A DNA stretch of 64,000 nt from an uncultured Verrucomicrobiae bacterium (lineage in GTDB: Bacteria > Verrucomicrobiota > Verrucomicrobiia > Chthoniobacterales > Chthoniobacteraceae), in contig CAWIKF010000002.1 of the NCBI GenBank assembly GCA_963836755.1, positions 2,048,001 to 2,112,000 on the forward strand, in the 5' to 3' direction. How positions within the stretch are numbered: the stretch's first letter is position 1; the number at the start of each line of letters is the position of its first letter. Below the pieces are notes generated by a model. That model did not search any database and was not told the DNA's origin. It saw only the letters and a program-made list of their open reading frames with translations. Made by a program: the position numbers and the translations under genes. Of this stretch, positions 59,178-64,000 are shown piece after piece.

Positions 59178-60050
59178 ATGAAAGTTATTTTAGCAGAACA
59201 TTACGGCCTTTGCTTCGGAGTGGAAGATGCGCTCGAACAGGCAAGGAAACTTGCGCAGCAAGCGCCGCTGACGATTCTCGGTGAGCTCGTGCACAACCCG
59301 CTCGTCCGGGAGGAGCTGTCTCGCATCGGCGCGGTGCAAGGCCAAATCGATGATCTGCAGAGTGCGTCCACACGGCAGGTAATGGTTACTGCGCACGGAG
59401 CGTCAGACGCGGCGCAAGCGGCGTGGCGCGGCGCGGGATTTGGCGTCGCCGATGGGACGTGTCCATTGGTCAAACATGCGCACGCCCGGCTGAGATCACT
59501 CGTGGAGCTCGGGTATCATCCGGTCGTGATTGGGCAAAAAGGCCACGCCGAAGTCATGGGTCTGATCGGCGATTTCCCCGACGCGACCGTGATCGCGCAG
59601 GAGAGCGATTTTGGCAACTTGCCTGTGCGCACACGATACGGCGTGATCTCTCAAACCACGCAGCCGATTGAAAAGGCGCGTGCGCTGGTGGAAAACTTGC
59701 GCGCGGCTCGGCATGAGAGCGAAGTTCGATTTTGCGACACCGTCTGCAAACCGACCAAAGATCGCCAACGAGCGCTGCGAGAGCTTTTGGAGCGGGTTGA
59801 TGTCTTGATCGTCGTGGGCGGACGCAACAGCAACAACACGCGCCAACTTGTCGAGGCGAGCCTTGCCGCGGGGATCGTCGCACATCACATCGAGCGGCCG
59901 GCGGAGCTCGACGTGCGATGGTTCCGAGCAAATGAAACTGTCGGGCTGACTGCAGGGACTTCGACATTGCGCGAGACCGTCGGCGCGGTGCATGCGCGCC
60001 TTCTTGCCATTGCCGCGGATTTCGTTTGCAAAGGCGGGAGCGAAATATGA
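59178..60050 (+). CDS. ispH: 4-hydroxy-3-methylbut-2-enyl diphosphate reductase
   Basis: GLCFGV, VHNP, AHG, TCPLV, GHAEV, SQTT, TVC and TAGTST motifs; three Fe-S Cys present. Confidence 0.92.
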   Translation: MKVILAEHYGLCFGVEDALEQARKLAQQAPLTILGELVHNPLVREELSRIGAVQGQIDDLQSASTRQVMVTAHGASDAAQAAWRGAGFGVADGTCPLVKHAHARLRSLVELGYHPVVIGQKGHAEVMGLIGDFPDATVIAQESDFGNLPVRTRYGVISQTTQPIEKARALVENLRAARHESEVRFCDTVCKPTKDRQRALRELLERVDVLIVVGGRNSNNTRQLVEASLAAGIVAHHIERPAELDVRWFRANETVGLTAGTSTLRETVGAVHARLLAIAADFVCKGGSEI

Positions 60051-61552
60051 ATCCGCCGCCGCTTCCTGAAGATCGCGTTACCAAGCCGCGTCTTTTTTCA
60101 ATCACGCTCTCGGTTTTTCTGATCACATTTTCGGGCGATTTCTTGTTCTGGTTTGTCACACCTGGGCTTTCGCTCGCGCTCTTTGTTCTTGTTCTTACGG
60201 CCGCTGTCATGGCGAACCGGACATCGCGCGAGTTTCGAAGAGGCGAAATTTTCACGCTATTGTTAGTCTGCGGCGCTGCCTTCCAGGCCGGAGTGGAGAT
60301 CTCGTTTTCGAACATTCTCGTTCTTCTTGTTTTGCTCGTTGTGCTGACTGGAGAGGCATTTTTCGGACGACTTTCGCCCGGGTGGCCGCGGTGGTCAGAA
60401 TCGCTTTGGTCATTTGTTAAAACACCAGTTCGCTGGTTGCTGCTGCTCGGCGAGATTGGGCGGCAGCGCACTGCGGAAAACGGCGGCAGTTCCGCCGCAC
60501 GCGGAATCGCGCGCGGACTGCGCATTTGCCTGCCGGCAATACTGCTGACGTTTGTCTTCACGACGATCCTCGCAAATGGCAACGCCATTTTCGGAAAATG
60601 GATCTCGGGAATCGCGAATGCTTTTTTGCAGTGGCTCACGCATTTTGATGTGACCGCCGGGCGCATCTTTTTCTGGATGGCTGTTGCATTTTTCGCATTG
60701 CCGTTCGTGCAGCCGGGCAGGCTGCCAGCAAGCGCGAGATGGTGGACACGCGCGATCCCGCCGCTGCCGGAGCCCGCGGAAGTCGGCGTCAGATTATGGC
60801 AAATCCGCCTGATGCTCATTTTGCTCAACGCGCTTTTTTTCTCGGTGAACACGATCGACGCAATCTATCTCTGGATTCACAGCACGCTCCCGGCGGGCGT
60901 GACCTATAGCAGCTTTGTCCATAGCGGAGTTTTCTCGTTGGTCCTCGCGGTGCTGCTCTCCGCGCTGATCCTGGTCGCGGTCTTTCAACAAGCCGATGTT
61001 GTCAGCCGTGAAAAATCGCTGCGCGTCCTGGCGCTGCTTTGGATCGCGCAAAACATCGTGCTCGTCGCGAGCGTGCTGCTGCGGTTGAAACTTTACGTCG
61101 ACGCTTATCAGCTCAGCGAACTGCGGATTTACGTCGCATTCTTTTTGCTGCTGGTCACTGCCGGTTTTCTCTTGCTCGCGGTGCACGTGCAATGGCGCAG
61201 GACGCTGAACTGGCTCTGTTTTACTAACGCCGTCGCTGTGTTTGTTCTGTTTTACATTGTGCAGTTTGCCGACGTCGGCAGGTTCGTGGCGCATTACAAC
61301 GTCGAACAGTGGAAAGCGAATCCGTCGTGCCCGCTCGACGTCGGGTATCTCCGGCGGCTCGGTCCATCTGCGTGGCCCGAATTGCAAGCAGTCGCACGCG
61401 AAAACAATTCGGTTGCATCCACTGATGCGCGCGAGAAATTGAAAAAAGTTCGTGAGGAAGAATCAAACTATCTCGCTACTCTGCAGTGGCGTTCATGGCA
61501 GGCGCGCCATGTGCATTACGCGCGGGAATTGACGGCGGGCGCAGCTCCATGA
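60047..61552 (+). CDS. DUF4173/DUF4153-type polytopic membrane protein
   Basis: TYSSFVHSG, RLKLYVDAYQLSELR, AHYNV and DVGYLRRLGPSA motifs. Confidence 0.75.
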   Translation: MNPPPLPEDRVTKPRLFSITLSVFLITFSGDFLFWFVTPGLSLALFVLVLTAAVMANRTSREFRRGEIFTLLLVCGAAFQAGVEISFSNILVLLVLLVVLTGEAFFGRLSPGWPRWSESLWSFVKTPVRWLLLLGEIGRQRTAENGGSSAARGIARGLRICLPAILLTFVFTTILANGNAIFGKWISGIANAFLQWLTHFDVTAGRIFFWMAVAFFALPFVQPGRLPASARWWTRAIPPLPEPAEVGVRLWQIRLMLILLNALFFSVNTIDAIYLWIHSTLPAGVTYSSFVHSGVFSLVLAVLLSALILVAVFQQADVVSREKSLRVLALLWIAQNIVLVASVLLRLKLYVDAYQLSELRIYVAFFLLLVTAGFLLLAVHVQWRRTLNWLCFTNAVAVFVLFYIVQFADVGRFVAHYNVEQWKANPSCPLDVGYLRRLGPSAWPELQAVARENNSVASTDAREKLKKVREEESNYLATLQWRSWQARHVHYARELTAGAAP

Positions 61553-62397
61553 ATCGCCGTAGATTTTTGAAAATTTGTGCTGGTAGTGCGCTCGGCGGAG
61601 TCGCTGCGGTGACACTTGGGCACGGAATTTATGAAACGGAGATGCTCACCGTCCGGCACCTGTCGGTTCGCGTGCGTCATCTGCCCGCGCCGTTTTCCGG
61701 CGCGACGATCGCCTTTCTTTCGGACTTTCACCACAGCCAGGTCGTTCCTCGCGCATATCTCGAAAGAGTGGTGGCGACTGCGAACGCGCTGGAAGCTGAT
61801 TACATCGTGCTCGGCGGCGATTACGTGACGGCCGGTTGGAAATACAACCTTCTTCACGGCAAGAGCTACATCGCACCTTGCTTTGAGGTTCTGTCGAAAT
61901 TGCGCGCGCGGTCTGGGAAATATGGAGTGACTGGAAACCACGACACGTCCGTCGGACTCGATGAAGTTAATTCCGCAATGACGGCTGCGGGAATTTTCAA
62001 TCTGTCCAATCGCGGCGTGTGGCTCGAGCGAAATGGAACTCGCCTGCGGCTTTGCGGCGTCGGTGATCTTTTAACCCAATCGCGACATTTACCCGCAGCG
62101 CTTGGCGATGCGACCGAGCGCGATGCGGTGATTCTCGCGACGCACAATCCCGACTACGCGGAGCATATGGATGACCCGCGCGTCGGGCTGATCTTGTCCG
62201 GCCACACGCACGGCGGGCAGGTCGTGCTGCCCATCATCGGCGCGCCCGTGAATCCTTCCTACTTTGGCCAGAAATATCTCTACGGTCTCGTGCAGGCGCC
62301 GCACACGCAGGTGTATGTCACGCGCGGGATTGGCGTGCTGCCGATTCCGATCCGCGTGAACTGTCCGCCGGAAATCGCGGTGTTAACTTTGTGTTAA
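61549..62397 (+). CDS. Metallophosphoesterase (YkuE-like) with twin-arginine signal
   Basis: MNRRRFLK signal; DFH, GDY, GNHD, HNPD and GHTHGGQ motifs. Confidence 0.9.
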   Translation: MNRRRFLKICAGSALGGVAAVTLGHGIYETEMLTVRHLSVRVRHLPAPFSGATIAFLSDFHHSQVVPRAYLERVVATANALEADYIVLGGDYVTAGWKYNLLHGKSYIAPCFEVLSKLRARSGKYGVTGNHDTSVGLDEVNSAMTAAGIFNLSNRGVWLERNGTRLRLCGVGDLLTQSRHLPAALGDATERDAVILATHNPDYAEHMDDPRVGLILSGHTHGGQVVLPIIGAPVNPSYFGQKYLYGLVQAPHTQVYVTRGIGVLPIPIRVNCPPEIAVLTLC

Positions 62398-62404
62398 AGA
62401 AGCG

Positions 62405-62857
62405 TTAGCTGCGTTCCTTCGGCCAGTTCAGCACATCGAGATTCGGCTTCACCGGCTCCTTGTCTGGCCACTCAAACTTGCAATCCTCGCAAAAATAATG
62501 GCGCGGAATGAAATGGACCGCCGCAAGCACGCCGAAGAAAAACGCCATTCCCGTGCGCCGCGAGAATTGCGGATACTCGATTTGAGAGGAGCCGCACTGC
62601 GGGCAGCGCACCGCTTCCTGCATGAAAGTTTCCGTTTTGTTCCACTCGCTCATCAGCGCGAGCGCCCGTTCATTGTCGACCTTCGGCACGCGCACGCGCA
62701 TGTGCGCCCGCGGGTGAGCCGTCGAAAAGAAAATCGCCTGCGTCCCCGATTCGTCGAAAAGTTCGGCGCGCAAACCGGCGTCGAGGAACTTGTCCTTGAG
62801 CGCTTCCGCTGGGGCTTCGCTGTTGAAAGTGGCGACGGTGATCATTTGCTCGAGCAT
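62405..62857 (-). CDS. DUF2007-like protein with CxxC-hydrophobic-CxxC zinc ribbon
   Basis: TVATF...AEALKDKFLDAGL, RVRVP, and CPQC...CEDC. Confidence 0.7.
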   Translation of the reverse strand: MLEQMITVATFNSEAPAEALKDKFLDAGLRAELFDESGTQAIFFSTAHPRAHMRVRVPKVDNERALALMSEWNKTETFMQEAVRCPQCGSSQIEYPQFSRRTGMAFFFGVLAAVHFIPRHYFCEDCKFEWPDKEPVKPNLDVLNWPKERS

Positions 62858-62866
62858 GGGGAAATT

Positions 62867-64000
62867 CTATTTGTTAAAAACGATTTTGCCACCCCGAACA
62901 TCGGCCTTGATGGTGTCGCCCTCGCGGAATTCGCCTTCGAGCACGCGCAGCGCGAGCGGGTCGAGCAGGTCGCGCTGGATCGCGCGCTTGAGCGGGCGCG
63001 CGCCGTAAACCGGATCGTAGCCTTCATGTGCGATCAAACTTTTCGCTTCGTCTGTGACAACAAGCGTTAAGTTTTGCGCGTCCAAACGTTTTGTTAAACG
63101 CGCGAGCTGAATCTCGACAATCTTTTTCAAGTCGTCGTCGCTGAGCCGGTCAAAAATAATCACCTCATCCACGCGATTCAGAAACTCTGGGCGAAAGTGT
63201 CCGCGCAGCGCCTCCATCACACGAGCCTCGCGCTGCTCGGCGTTCGTGTCCGCGAGGATGAACTGCGACCCGAGATTGCTGGTCATGATGATGACGGTAT
63301 TTTTGAAATCAACAGTCTTCCCCTGCCCGTCCGTGATGCGGCCATCGTCGAGCACTTGTAAAAGAACGTTAAACACATCGTGGTGCGCCTTTTCGATCTC
63401 GTCGAAAAGAATCACGCTGTAAGGCCGGCGACGCACCGCCTCGGAAAGTTGTCCGCCTTCCTCGTAGCCGACGTAGCCCGGCGGCGCGCCGATCAAGCGC
63501 GCGACGGTGTGTTTTTCCATGTATTCGCTCATGTCGATGCGCACCATCGCGTTCTCGTCATCGAACAAAAACTCCGCGAGAGCGCGCGCGAGTTCCGTTT
63601 TGCCGACGCCGGTCGGGCCGAGAAAAATGAACGAACCGATCGGCCGATTTTCGTCTTGCATGCCGCTCCGCGCGCGCCGCACCGCATTCGACACCGCCTG
63701 GATTGCCTGCTTTTGGCCGATGACGCGCTTCCCGAGACGCTCCTCCATTTTGACCAGCTTCTCGCGCTCGCCTTCCTGCAAACGCGACACGGGAATGCCG
63801 GTCCAGCTCGCGACGACTTCCGCGATGTCTTCGTCGGTCACTTCTTCTTTCAACATTTGGCGACCGCCGGTTTGCACTTCCGCGAGTTTCGCATTGTGCT
63901 CGTTGAGTTGCCGCGTCAGCTCCGGAATTTTTCCGTATTGAATCTCGCTCGCCTTGCTCAAATCGCCGCGCCGCTGCGCCTGCTCGAGCTCAGTTTTCGC
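62867..64000 (-). CDS. clpB: ATP-dependent chaperone ClpB (5' part outside the window)
   Basis: M-domain end [35 protein letters not shown] and YGARPLKR motifs. Confidence 0.96.
   Translation of the reverse strand, partial: AKTELEQAQRRGDLSKASEIQYGKIPELTRQLNEHNAKLAEVQTGGRQMLKEEVTDEDIAEVVASWTGIPVSRLQEGEREKLVKMEERLGKRVIGQKQAIQAVSNAVRRARSGMQDENRPIGSFIFLGPTGVGKTELARALAEFLFDDENAMVRIDMSEYMEKHTVARLIGAPPGYVGYEEGGQLSEAVRRRPYSVILFDEIEKAHHDVFNVLLQVLDDGRITDGQGKTVDFKNTVIIMTSNLGSQFILADTNAEQREARVMEALRGHFRPEFLNRVDEVIIFDRLSDDDLKKIVEIQLARLTKRLDAQNLTLVVTDEAKSLIAHEGYDPVYGARPLKRAIQRDLLDPLALRVLEGEFREGDTIKADVRGGKIVFNK

Overview
This is a 64-kb chromosomal segment from a GC-rich Gram-negative bacterium. Gene content and style suggest Verrucomicrobiota (Chthoniobacterales/Spartobacteria-like), which is inference only. 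Positions 1-24.4 kb hold a large surface-polysaccharide locus: an O-antigen-ligase-family gene (cut by the window edge), a WecA-type initiator, six glycosyltransferases, a Wzm/Wzt ABC exporter, a Wzy-like polymerase, a frameshifted SGNH hydrolase, Wzc, a short Wza plus an outer-membrane beta-barrel, two tandem Sfp-type PPTases (one degenerate), a secreted GH-like unknown, and a membrane pseudokinase-stalk-FGE/CLec protein. Positions 24.7-37 kb hold housekeeping genes (tgt, polyprenyl synthase, radC, lpxA, rpsU, fcl, argG), an orphan type IV pilin and secreted unknowns. Positions 37-49.7 kb hold a nuoD-N complex I operon with a NuoE-NuoF fusion and an inserted lipoprotein, and no nuoABC. Positions 49.7-64 kb hold a C39-like peptidase, an MDR enoyl reductase, a CDF transporter, a CHASE2 adenylate cyclase/FecR/beta-barrel module, pgsA, der, a winged-helix regulator operon with ispH and twin operator palindromes, and clpB (partial). 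The strongest leads are the pseudokinase next to the export genes, the tandem degenerate and intact PPTases, four sigma54-type promoters linking the pilin and polysaccharide genes, and the operator-marked ispH operon. No rRNA, tRNA, CRISPR array, transposase or integrase was recognised.
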